Origin: Prochlorococcus sp. AG-442-B03
Lineage (GTDB): Bacteria > Cyanobacteriota > Cyanobacteriia > PCC-6307 > Cyanobiaceae
DNA length: 32,000 nt
Assembly (NCBI GenBank): GCA_003212395.1
Contig: QCPU01000001.1
Coordinates: 164,354-196,353, forward strand
Direction: 5' to 3'
Numbering within the stretch: the first letter of the stretch is position 1; every line of letters starts with the position of its first letter. The position numbers and the translations under genes are program-made. The notes below the pieces were generated by a model. It saw nothing but the letters and a program-made list of their open reading frames with translations. It did not search any database and was not told the origin of the DNA. Below are positions 18,787 through 26,921 of this stretch, in pieces.

Positions 18787-20643
18787 ATGAAAGAAGATTT
18801 TACTGATTTTATTGAGGTATCTGGACTCTTAAATTATGATCCAGATACAATCTCTAAAATTTACAAAAAAAATCCTAAAAGACTTTTAAAAAGACTTTGG
18901 CAAACACTCATACCTATTTTTGCTTACATCTTTTCCGTTGGATGGGATAAATTAACTGGAAGGTTGAAAAATGAATCGCAAGCAAGATTTAGAGCAAGAG
19001 AATTAACAAATTTATTAGTAGAACTTGGACCTGCATTTGTCAAAGCAGGCCAAGCTTTATCAACAAGACCAGATATAATCCCAGGTATTCTTCTAGAAGA
19101 ATTATCTGAATTACAAGATCAGCTGCCTGGGTTTGATGGCGATAAAGCTATGGAATTAATAGAAGAAGATTTAGGAAAAAAAATAGATGAGATATTTTTA
19201 GAAATTGATAAAGAGTCAATTTCTGCTGCTTCTTTAGGGCAAGTGCATAAAGCTAAATTAAAAAATGAAGAGATCGTTGCAATAAAAGTACAACGGCCTG
19301 GTTTAAGGGAACAAATAACCTTAGATCTTTACATTGTGAGAAATATTGCTTATTGGCTAAAAAACAATATCGGATTAATAAGAAGTGATCTAGTTGCTTT
19401 GATTGATGAATTAGGCAAGAGAGTTTTTGAAGAGATGGATTATCTAAACGAAGCTGCAAATGCGGAAAAATTCAGAAATATGCATAAACATAACAAAATG
19501 ATTGCCGTACCAAAAATTTATAAAGAAATAACTTCAAGAAGAGTTTTAGCAATGGAATGGATAGAGGGTAAAAAATTAACAAATTTAGAAGACGTAAAAC
19601 AATTAGGAATCAATCCTGATGAAATGATTGATATAGGGGTGCAATGTAGCTTAGAACAACTTTTAGAACATGGTTTTTTTCATGCAGACCCACATCCAGG
19701 TAATTTATTAGCTTTAGAAGATGGGAGATTATGTTACTTAGATTTTGGAATGATGAGCGAGGTTTCAAGAGAATCTAGATCAGGATTAATTCAAGCAGTA
19801 GTACATTTAGTAAATAAAAACTTCGATAAATTATCTCAAGATTTCGTAAAATTGGGATTTTTATCAGAAGAAGTTAATCTAGAGCCCATTGTTCCAGCAT
19901 TTCAAGATGTTTTTATTAATGCCGTCGAAAAAGGAGTTTCAAAAATGGATTTTAAGAGCGTTACAGATGACATGTCTGGTGTTATGTATAAATTCCCTTT
20001 CAAACTGCCCCCATATTATGCACTCATAATTAGGTCATTACTTACATTAGAAGGAATAGCTTTAAGCGTAGATCCAAATTTCAAAATATTAGGCGCAGCT
20101 TATCCATATTTTGCAAGAAGATTGATGGAAGACCCTGACCCACAATTAAGGGAAAGCCTTAAAGAAATGCTTTTTGATAATAAAAAATTTAAATGGGACC
20201 GTTTAGAAGATCTTCTTTCTAACGCTGCAAAGCAAACAAATCTCGATTTAGAAAAACTTTTAGACGAAGTTATCAATCTTCTCTTTTCGCCCAACGGAGG
20301 ATTTCTTAGAAATGAGATAGTTGAAGGTTTAACAAATCAGATAGATTTACTTAGTCTAAAAATATTGAAAAGTTTGAATAACTATCTTCCACAATCAATT
20401 AAATTAAATACTATTAAAGAAAATAATAACTTGAATGATCTTATAATGTATCTAGAGCCATTTAGAAATTTTTTAGAGATTTTACAAAATGTACCCGGCT
20501 ATTCAATTGACATCTTTCTAAAAAGGGTTCCGAGACTTGTAAATGAGCCCTACACAAAAGAAATGGGTATAAAAATTGCAAAAAAAGTAACTGAAAAAGG
20601 AGTAGTAAGACTTGTTAAGATTGCCGCTGGTGCAAATATCTAA
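18787..20643 (+). CDS. ABC1/UbiB-family atypical protein kinase
   Basis: 618 aa. ABC1 motifs: ELGPAFVKAGQALSTRPD, AASLGQVHKAKL, FFHADPHPGNLL. Confidence 0.88.
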   Translation: MKEDFTDFIEVSGLLNYDPDTISKIYKKNPKRLLKRLWQTLIPIFAYIFSVGWDKLTGRLKNESQARFRARELTNLLVELGPAFVKAGQALSTRPDIIPGILLEELSELQDQLPGFDGDKAMELIEEDLGKKIDEIFLEIDKESISAASLGQVHKAKLKNEEIVAIKVQRPGLREQITLDLYIVRNIAYWLKNNIGLIRSDLVALIDELGKRVFEEMDYLNEAANAEKFRNMHKHNKMIAVPKIYKEITSRRVLAMEWIEGKKLTNLEDVKQLGINPDEMIDIGVQCSLEQLLEHGFFHADPHPGNLLALEDGRLCYLDFGMMSEVSRESRSGLIQAVVHLVNKNFDKLSQDFVKLGFLSEEVNLEPIVPAFQDVFINAVEKGVSKMDFKSVTDDMSGVMYKFPFKLPPYYALIIRSLLTLEGIALSVDPNFKILGAAYPYFARRLMEDPDPQLRESLKEMLFDNKKFKWDRLEDLLSNAAKQTNLDLEKLLDEVINLLFSPNGGFLRNEIVEGLTNQIDLLSLKILKSLNNYLPQSIKLNTIKENNNLNDLIMYLEPFRNFLEILQNVPGYSIDIFLKRVPRLVNEPYTKEMGIKIAKKVTEKGVVRLVKIAAGANI

Positions 20644-21216
20644 ATGAAGTCTAGTAAATTTTTAATATTTAAAATATTTTTTATTTTAGTAATTTCTCCA
20701 TTACTTTTAAATTTTCCAAAAACAAATGCTGCTGAAGAAATTAAAATCACATACAGCATATTTTCTAGAACAATTAAAGTAAATTCTTTAAAAACTTTTG
20801 CTAAAGAAGGTAAATCCACAAGGAAATTAAAAAGAATTTTGAAAACAACCGGGTCTCCTGATAAAGAAATTAGAAAAGTTTTAAATAAAGATTTTGAAAT
20901 TCCTATTACCATTGCAAGCAAACTAGTTTATTCTGAAATAGGAAATGTTTTTTTAACAAGACTTTCATCTATTATCTACCCTCCAAGAGCAACTGATGAA
21001 AGAACAGGCATGTTGGCCCTTAGAGCAAGCGTAATTCAAGGAATTAACATAGGAAATGGAAAAATAAATCTAATAAATTTTTTTGAGGGATATCCAACTA
21101 AAACTGTAATTTTAGATGTCAGCGCTTTGAGCAAAGTTATGAATAAAGTAGAATCGATTTCAGAATTATTAACTTTTTTCACCAATTCTCCTCTAGAAAA
21201 AATCAAAACAAATTAA
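20644..21216 (+). CDS. Secreted hypothetical protein, stand-alone DUF1400-like domain
   Basis: 190 aa with an N-terminal signal-peptide-like segment (FFILVISPLLLNFPKTNA-AEE). The body resembles the DUF1400 domain that precedes alpha/beta hydrolase domains in cyanobacterial proteins (from memory). The ATG directly abuts the ABC1 stop (TAAATG). Confidence 0.55.
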   Translation: MKSSKFLIFKIFFILVISPLLLNFPKTNAAEEIKITYSIFSRTIKVNSLKTFAKEGKSTRKLKRILKTTGSPDKEIRKVLNKDFEIPITIASKLVYSEIGNVFLTRLSSIIYPPRATDERTGMLALRASVIQGINIGNGKINLINFFEGYPTKTVILDVSALSKVMNKVESISELLTFFTNSPLEKIKTN

Positions 21217-21222
21217 ACAACC

Positions 21223-22326
21223 ATGGTGTTATTGAATAAAATCAAAAATAAACTGCGTATTAATTACAGAAAAAAAAGATGGCCAGGTCTTATAGAAGCT
21301 TATAAACAATATCTCCCAGTTACAAAGAAAACTCCTATTATTTCCCTTAATGAAGGAAATACACCATTAATTCTAAGCGAGTCAGTTAGCAACTTAATTG
21401 GAAATGGAACAAAAGTTTTTTTAAAATATGATGGCCTTAATCCAACAGGATCTTTTAAAGATCGTGGTATGACTATGGCAATTAGCAAAGCAAAAGAAGA
21501 AGGTCGTGAAGCTGTAATTTGTGCAAGTACTGGAAACACCTCTGCTGCTGCTGCTGCATATGCTTCAAGAGGAGGATTAAAACCTTATGTTTTAATCCCA
21601 GAAGGATTTGTTGCACAAGGAAAACTTGCGCAAGCATTAATGTATGGCGCTGAGATAATATCTATTAATGGAAACTTTGATAAGGCTCTTGAAATTGTAA
21701 GAGATTTATCCTCAGAACAACCTATAGAGCTTGTTAATTCTGTTAATCCATATAGAATCCAAGGACAAAAAACAGCAGCTTTTGAAATAGTTGATGACTT
21801 AGGTTATGCTCCTGATTGGCTTTGTATTCCGATGGGCAATGCAGGAAATATAACTGCTTATTGGATGGGATTTAAAGAATATTCGAAAATAAAAAGAAAT
21901 TTGAAATTACCAATAATGATGGGTTTTCAGTCCGAAGGCTCTGCTCCATTAGTAAAAAATATAATAGTTAAGGATCCAGAAACAATTGCGACTGCTATAA
22001 GAATTGGAAATCCTGTAAATAGAGAAAAAGCAAAAAAAGTAAGGAAGGAGAGTAAAGGAGACTTTCAGTCAGTTACAGATGAAGAAATAATCAATGCTTA
22101 TAAAATTCTTGCCAAAGAGGGAGTATTTTGTGAACCTGCCAGTGCAGCTTCAGTTGCTGGACTGATTAAAAATAAAAATAGAATTCAGAAAGAATCGACT
22201 ATTGTTTGTGTTCTGACTGGAAATGGATTGAAAGATCCTGATTGCGCTATAAAAAACAACGATGCTATTTTTAGGAAAAATATTGAACCATCATTAAAAA
22301 ATATAACTAAAATCTTAGGATATTAA
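21223..22326 (+). CDS. thrC: Threonine synthase
   Basis: 367 aa. PLP-lysine motif [12 protein letters not shown] and [14 protein letters not shown]. Confidence 0.93.
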   Translation: MVLLNKIKNKLRINYRKKRWPGLIEAYKQYLPVTKKTPIISLNEGNTPLILSESVSNLIGNGTKVFLKYDGLNPTGSFKDRGMTMAISKAKEEGREAVICASTGNTSAAAAAYASRGGLKPYVLIPEGFVAQGKLAQALMYGAEIISINGNFDKALEIVRDLSSEQPIELVNSVNPYRIQGQKTAAFEIVDDLGYAPDWLCIPMGNAGNITAYWMGFKEYSKIKRNLKLPIMMGFQSEGSAPLVKNIIVKDPETIATAIRIGNPVNREKAKKVRKESKGDFQSVTDEEIINAYKILAKEGVFCEPASAASVAGLIKNKNRIQKESTIVCVLTGNGLKDPDCAIKNNDAIFRKNIEPSLKNITKILGY

Positions 22327-22343
22327 AATCCAAAAAAAATAGT

Positions 22344-22370
22344 GTCTGTGGAAATCAATTAAAAACAGAC
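22344..22370 (+). terminator. Weak hairpin after thrC: GTCTGT - 15-nt loop - ACAGAC
   Basis: 6-bp inverted repeat read from the sequence, 18 nt after the thrC stop. The trailing sequence CTCATTTGTT is only weakly T-rich. The 5' arm overlaps a DnaA-box-like 9-mer. Confidence 0.2.
22347..22355 (-). promoter_or_regulatory. DnaA-box-like 9-mer ATTTCCACA
   Basis: One mismatch to TTTTCCACA. The plus strand reads TGTGGAAAT. Confidence 0.45.
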
Positions 22371-22376
22371 CTCATT

Positions 22377-22385
22377 TGTTGAAAA
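22377..22385 (-). promoter_or_regulatory. DnaA-box-like 9-mer TTTTCAACA
   Basis: One mismatch to TTTTCCACA. The plus strand reads TGTTGAAAA. A related TATTCAACA lies at 22408-22416 on the same strand. Confidence 0.3.
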
Positions 22386-22465
22386 GTACATAAAAAAATA
22401 TTCTATCTGTTGAATAAATTCAAAATTTTCTAAAAAAGTAAAAAATATTAAACAAATAAAAATTT

Positions 22466-22474
22466 TTTTACACA
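22466..22474 (+). promoter_or_regulatory. DnaA-box-like 9-mer TTTTACACA
   Basis: One mismatch to TTTTCCACA. Confidence 0.3.
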
Positions 22475-22519
22475 TATTTCTTTCTTCATAAAATGAATAA
22501 ACAAGCTATTTAATTGAAG

Positions 22520-22537
22520 AATTCCACAGTTCCCACA
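22520..22537 (+). promoter_or_regulatory. Two abutting DnaA-box-like 9-mers, AATTCCACA and GTTCCCACA
   Basis: Directly adjacent on the same strand, each with the CCACA core and 2 mismatches to TTTTCCACA. Confidence 0.4.
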
Positions 22538-22540
22538 AGA

Positions 22541-22571
22541 ACTACTACTACTAAATTTCTTATTTTCTTAT
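22541..22571. repeat. Short tandem repeats in the AT-rich part of the putative origin: (ACT)x4 at 22541-22552 and (TTTCTTAT)x2 at 22556-22571
   Basis: Read directly from the sequence. They lie just downstream of the paired DnaA-like boxes. Confidence 0.85.
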
Positions 22572-22664
22572 TTTATTTTTATATTAGAAAAACAGTAAAA
22601 ATAAATTTATTGAATTTAATTTACGGAAAAAGTATATTGTATTTGTAAAAAGTTCCAAATTCTG

Positions 22665-23822
22665 ATGGAAATTATTTGTAATCAAAATGAATTAAATAAT
22701 GCTATACAACTAGTAAGCAAGGCAGTTGCTTCAAGGCCAACGCATCCAATTCTTGCAAACATACTTTTAACAGCTGACGAAGGAACTAATAAAATTAGCG
22801 TCACAGGATTTGACTTAAATTTAGGAATTCAAACTTCTTTTGAAGGAACTGTCAAAAATAGTGGAGCTATTACTATACCTTCAAAACTTTTATCAGAAAT
22901 AGTAAACAAACTACCAAATGAAACTCCTGTTTCTCTAGAAGTAGATGAGAATTCAGAAAATATCCTAATAAAAAGTGATAGAGGTTCTTTTAATCTAAAA
23001 GGGATCCCCTCTGATGAATATCCCAATTTGCCATTTGTTGAAAGCGGTACTTCTTTGAATATTGATCCTAGTTCTTTTTTAAAGGCTTTAAAATCTACCA
23101 TTTTTGCCAGTAGTAATGATGATTCAAAGCAACTACTCACAGGTGTTAATTTTACTTTCAAACCAAATTATTTAGAGTCTGCTTCAACTGATGGTCATAG
23201 ATTGGCTGTTGCCTTAATTGGTAATGAAGAAAATATTGAAAATAAAGAAAACTTTTCTTCAAATGTTGATGATTTATCGGTAACTATACCAACTAGATCA
23301 TTGAGAGAAATTGAAAAACTAGTATCTTTGAGAAGTGCAGAAAATTCAATTAAGCTATTCTATGACAAAGGTCAAGTAGTATTTATATCTTCTAATCAAA
23401 TAATTACTACAAGAACTTTAGAAGGTACTTATCCTAATTATTCACAATTAATTCCTGATTCTTTTTCTAAAATTCTAAATTTTAATACAAAAAAATTAAT
23501 TGATTCATTAGAAAGAATTGCTGTTTTAGCTGATCAGCAAAGTAGTGTTGTAAAGATTAAATTAGATGATAAAGATTTAGCTTCAATCAGTGCAGATGCT
23601 CAAGATATTGGAAATGCAAATGAGTCAATACCTGTTTCTTATTCTGGAGAAAATTTTGATATTGCATTTAACGTAAGATATTTGTTAGAAGGTTTAAAAG
23701 TTATTGCTTCTGAAAATGTACTTTTAAAGTGTAATATTGCAACTACTCCAGCGGTTTTTGTGCCAGAAGATAATCTTAATTCTTTTACTTATTTAGTTAT
23801 GCCTGTGCAGGTTCGTTCTTAA
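22665..23822 (+). CDS. dnaN: DNA polymerase III beta subunit (sliding clamp)
   Basis: 385 aa with typical three-domain DnaN features: N-terminal MEIICNQNELNNAIQLVSKAV..RPTHPILANILL, then STDGHRLA, and C-terminal YLVMPVQVRS. Confidence 0.95.
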   Translation: MEIICNQNELNNAIQLVSKAVASRPTHPILANILLTADEGTNKISVTGFDLNLGIQTSFEGTVKNSGAITIPSKLLSEIVNKLPNETPVSLEVDENSENILIKSDRGSFNLKGIPSDEYPNLPFVESGTSLNIDPSSFLKALKSTIFASSNDDSKQLLTGVNFTFKPNYLESASTDGHRLAVALIGNEENIENKENFSSNVDDLSVTIPTRSLREIEKLVSLRSAENSIKLFYDKGQVVFISSNQIITTRTLEGTYPNYSQLIPDSFSKILNFNTKKLIDSLERIAVLADQQSSVVKIKLDDKDLASISADAQDIGNANESIPVSYSGENFDIAFNVRYLLEGLKVIASENVLLKCNIATTPAVFVPEDNLNSFTYLVMPVQVRS

Positions 23823-23823
23823 T

Positions 23824-24531
23824 TTGAAATTACCTAAAGAAATTTTATTAAGTGAATTATTAAATTATAGTGTTAAGGGTGATATGGTCCTTAATTATGG
23901 AAATGGTGAAAATGTTTGGATGCATCCTCCAGTTCACCGGATTCTAGGATGGTACTCTCGTCCTTCAAATTTTGATTTAAAAAGAAATGTTTGGCGATTA
24001 AATCAAATTACTCAAATAATAGATAATGAAATTTATGTCAAAGGAGATCCAGCTATTTCGGATTTAGCAACTTTAAATAGGTTCCCAACTTTAATAGAAG
24101 CTAATCTTATAAATATAAATGGATCAAAAATAGGAGTCATTGCAGATTTTTTATTTGAAATGAAAACGGGAAAAATTAAATATTACTTAGTTTCTAGATC
24201 TAATCCTAAGATTCCAGGTTCTAGTAGATGGAAATTAACTATTGATAATATTAATGACCAACAACCAGGATTGGTATTCTGTGAAATTAATTCTTTGGAT
24301 GATTTACCTTTGATAAAATCAAGTATTAAAAATGAATTTATGCAAAAAGGGAAAAAAATTTTTGATAGATTTGATGATATGAAAAATATTGCTTCTAATA
24401 GATTAGAGGAATGGCTTGAAGAAGATGAAGATATTCGCCAAAACTTAGATTTTAAACAAAAAAGTTTTTATAATAATGACAGAACATCTATACCGTCTAG
24501 TGAAAAAAAAGAAGATGACCCTTGGATATAA
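23824..24531 (+). CDS. Conserved hypothetical protein, PRC-barrel-like, with an acidic C-terminal tail
   Basis: 235-codon ORF starting at a TTG 1 nt after the dnaN stop; an alternative ATG lies at 23884. Sits in the conserved position between dnaN and purL. The PRC-barrel assignment is from memory of homolog annotations, not verified. Confidence 0.55.
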   Translation: MKLPKEILLSELLNYSVKGDMVLNYGNGENVWMHPPVHRILGWYSRPSNFDLKRNVWRLNQITQIIDNEIYVKGDPAISDLATLNRFPTLIEANLININGSKIGVIADFLFEMKTGKIKYYLVSRSNPKIPGSSRWKLTIDNINDQQPGLVFCEINSLDDLPLIKSSIKNEFMQKGKKIFDRFDDMKNIASNRLEEWLEEDEDIRQNLDFKQKSFYNNDRTSIPSSEKKEDDPWI

Positions 24532-24534
24532 ATA

Positions 24535-26874
24535 ATGATAAATCATGAAAATAATGATCTATATGATCTGAATGAAGTACTACAAGTTGAAAATTTAACA
24601 CTTAAAGATTACGAAGAAATTTGCAAAAGATTAAAGAGAAAACCTAACAGAACCGAATTAGGCATGTTTGGCGTTATGTGGTCAGAACATTGTTGTTATA
24701 GAAATTCAAAACCTTTACTATCTAAGTTTCCCACTAAAGGAAAAAATGTTTTAGTTGGACCTGGAGAAAATGCTGGTGTTATTGATGTTGGAAATAATCA
24801 AAAACTTGTTTTTAAAATAGAAAGTCATAATCATCCTTCTGCTATTGAACCTTTTCAAGGTGCAGCAACAGGTGTAGGAGGAATTTTAAGAGATATATTC
24901 ACAATGGGTGCTAGGCCAATCGCAGTCTTGAATTCATTGAGATTCGGCAACCTTGATAAATCATCAAATGTTGATTTACTACGAGGAGTTGTATCCGGTA
25001 TTTCACATTATGGGAATTGCGTAGGTGTGCCGACTGTTGGAGGAGAAATTGACTTCGATGATAGTTATTCTGGAAATCCTCTAGTGAATGTTATGGCTTT
25101 AGGACTTTTAGAGACTGAGGAAATCGTTTGTTCTGGAGCTAAAAATGTAGGATCACCAGTGTTATATGTTGGTAATACAACTGGCAGAGATGGTGTTGGT
25201 GGTGCTAGTTTTGCTAGTTCAGAATTAACTACAACTTCATTGGATGATAGACCTGCTGTTCAGGTAGGTGATCCATTTGTTGAGAAAAGTCTTATTGAAG
25301 CTTGTTTGGATGCTTTCAAAACAGGGGATGTAATTGCAGCTCAAGATATGGGTGCTGCAGGTTTAACATGCAGTAGCGCAGAAATGGCCGCAAATGGAAA
25401 TTTGGGTATATCTATCGATTTAGATTTGGTCCCTTCTAGAGAAGATGATATGTCCTCATACCAGTATTTATTATCTGAATCGCAAGAAAGAATGTTGTTT
25501 GTCGTTAAAGAAGAAAAAATTAATGATCTTATTGAAAAATTTAATAAATGGGGATTATATGCCAGTGTTATTGGTGAAGTGATAGGAACTAATGAAGTAA
25601 TTATTTCTCATAAAGGTAAAATTGTCGCCCAAATACCTACTTCTGCCTTATCTGATGATACTCCTGTCAATTTTCACAATGTGATTAATAATCCACCAGA
25701 TGATCTTTTAAATAAATGGGAATGGAAAGAAAATGATTTACCAGAAATTCATGAGCAAAAAATATTTTCATTGAAGGAAAAGAAGAATTTTTCTTTTTCA
25801 GAAATCATTTTAAAACTACTCTCTAATCCATCAATAGCTTCTAAACGATGGATTTATAAACAATATGATTCTCAAGTTCAGGCAAATACAGTTTTTAAAC
25901 CTGGAAAATCAGATGCAGCCGTAGTAAGACTAAGGGAACAAAATAAAAAAAATAAAAGTAAAGTATTTTCTGGTGTCGCTGCTTCAGTTGATTGCAATAG
26001 TAGATGGGTTGCTCTTGATCCTTTTAGAGGATCTATCGCTGCCGTAGCAGAGTCCGCTAGAAATGTTAGTTGTGTTGGTGCTGAACCAGTAGCAATTACA
26101 AATAATTTAAATTTTTCTTCCCCTGAGAATGAAATAGGATATTGGCAACTTTCATCTTCATGTGATGGAATTGCTGAAGCCTGTAAAGCTTTAGAAACTC
26201 CTGTTACAGGAGGTAATGTATCTTTATATAATGAATCTAAAAATAAAGATAATCTAATTACTCCTATTAATCCTACTCCTGTTATCGGAATGGTTGGAAA
26301 GATAGATAATGTCGAGAAAGCTATAAGCAGTGAATGGAAAAATATTGAAGATCAAATCTGGTTAATTGGTTCATATAAATCAGATATGACAATTGCAGCT
26401 AGTTCTTATTTGGAATATTTTCATGGAGAAATCACAGGTCGGCCTCCAAAATTAGATTTGCTGGATGAAAAGTTTTGCCAGAGTTTTTTAAGAAATGCGA
26501 TTTTAAACAGTCTTGTAGTTTCTTCTCACGATATAAGCGACGGAGGTTTAGCTATATCTTTAGCAGAGGCTTGTATTTTGTCCGCAAGGGGTGCAACTAT
26601 AGAATTAGAGAAAGATTTAAATAGAGTTGATAATTTATTGTTTGCCGAAGGGGGGTCAAGAATTATTTTTTCAATTAGTAAAATCAAACAAAATGAATGG
26701 TTTAATTATTTAAAACAAAATCAAATAAATTTCCCATCAAGTGTTTATCTAAAAAAAATAGGATACGTAACTACTGACACGTTGAAGATAAAAATCAACG
26801 AAAAAAATATTTGCAATATTAGGGTTGAGGAATTAACCGAAAAATTTAATAATAGTATTTCAGATTACTTTTAA
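24535..26874 (+). CDS. purL: Phosphoribosylformylglycinamidine synthase subunit II (FGAM synthase, PurL)
   Basis: 779 aa. Motifs: GMFGVMWSEHCCY, ESHNHPSAIEPFQGAATGVGGILRD, and duplicated AIR-synthase-like domains. Confidence 0.94.
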   Translation: MINHENNDLYDLNEVLQVENLTLKDYEEICKRLKRKPNRTELGMFGVMWSEHCCYRNSKPLLSKFPTKGKNVLVGPGENAGVIDVGNNQKLVFKIESHNHPSAIEPFQGAATGVGGILRDIFTMGARPIAVLNSLRFGNLDKSSNVDLLRGVVSGISHYGNCVGVPTVGGEIDFDDSYSGNPLVNVMALGLLETEEIVCSGAKNVGSPVLYVGNTTGRDGVGGASFASSELTTTSLDDRPAVQVGDPFVEKSLIEACLDAFKTGDVIAAQDMGAAGLTCSSAEMAANGNLGISIDLDLVPSREDDMSSYQYLLSESQERMLFVVKEEKINDLIEKFNKWGLYASVIGEVIGTNEVIISHKGKIVAQIPTSALSDDTPVNFHNVINNPPDDLLNKWEWKENDLPEIHEQKIFSLKEKKNFSFSEIILKLLSNPSIASKRWIYKQYDSQVQANTVFKPGKSDAAVVRLREQNKKNKSKVFSGVAASVDCNSRWVALDPFRGSIAAVAESARNVSCVGAEPVAITNNLNFSSPENEIGYWQLSSSCDGIAEACKALETPVTGGNVSLYNESKNKDNLITPINPTPVIGMVGKIDNVEKAISSEWKNIEDQIWLIGSYKSDMTIAASSYLEYFHGEITGRPPKLDLLDEKFCQSFLRNAILNSLVVSSHDISDGGLAISLAEACILSARGATIELEKDLNRVDNLLFAEGGSRIIFSISKIKQNEWFNYLKQNQINFPSSVYLKKIGYVTTDTLKIKINEKNICNIRVEELTEKFNNSISDYF

Positions 26875-26921
26875 ATATGAAAAATATTTCTCAACTATTA
26901 GTCATTTTAAGATATTAAGTT

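Larger units (their letters stand above)
22327..22664. other. Putative chromosomal replication origin (oriC) in the thrC-dnaN spacer
   Basis: This is the longest non-coding region in the window and lies immediately upstream of dnaN, where oriC sits in cyanobacteria. It holds six 9-mers within 1-2 mismatches of the cyanobacterial DnaA box TTTTCCACA, followed by an extremely AT-rich tract with short tandem repeats. Confidence 0.6.

Noticed and set aside
20640-20921. 93-aa minus-strand ORF overlapping the start of the DUF1400-like gene.
   Set aside because: It is antisense to a plus-strand ORF that has a coherent signal peptide plus domain and abuts the ABC1 stop. The minus ORF would have no promoter space and has no recognisable features.
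24440-24460. QNLDF in the C-terminal tail of the PRC-barrel-like protein, considered as a beta-clamp-binding motif.
   Set aside because: Clamp-binding pentapeptides (QL[SD]LF-type) need a hydrophobic residue at position 4, and this one has Asp. A single weak match in a low-complexity tail is not evidence.
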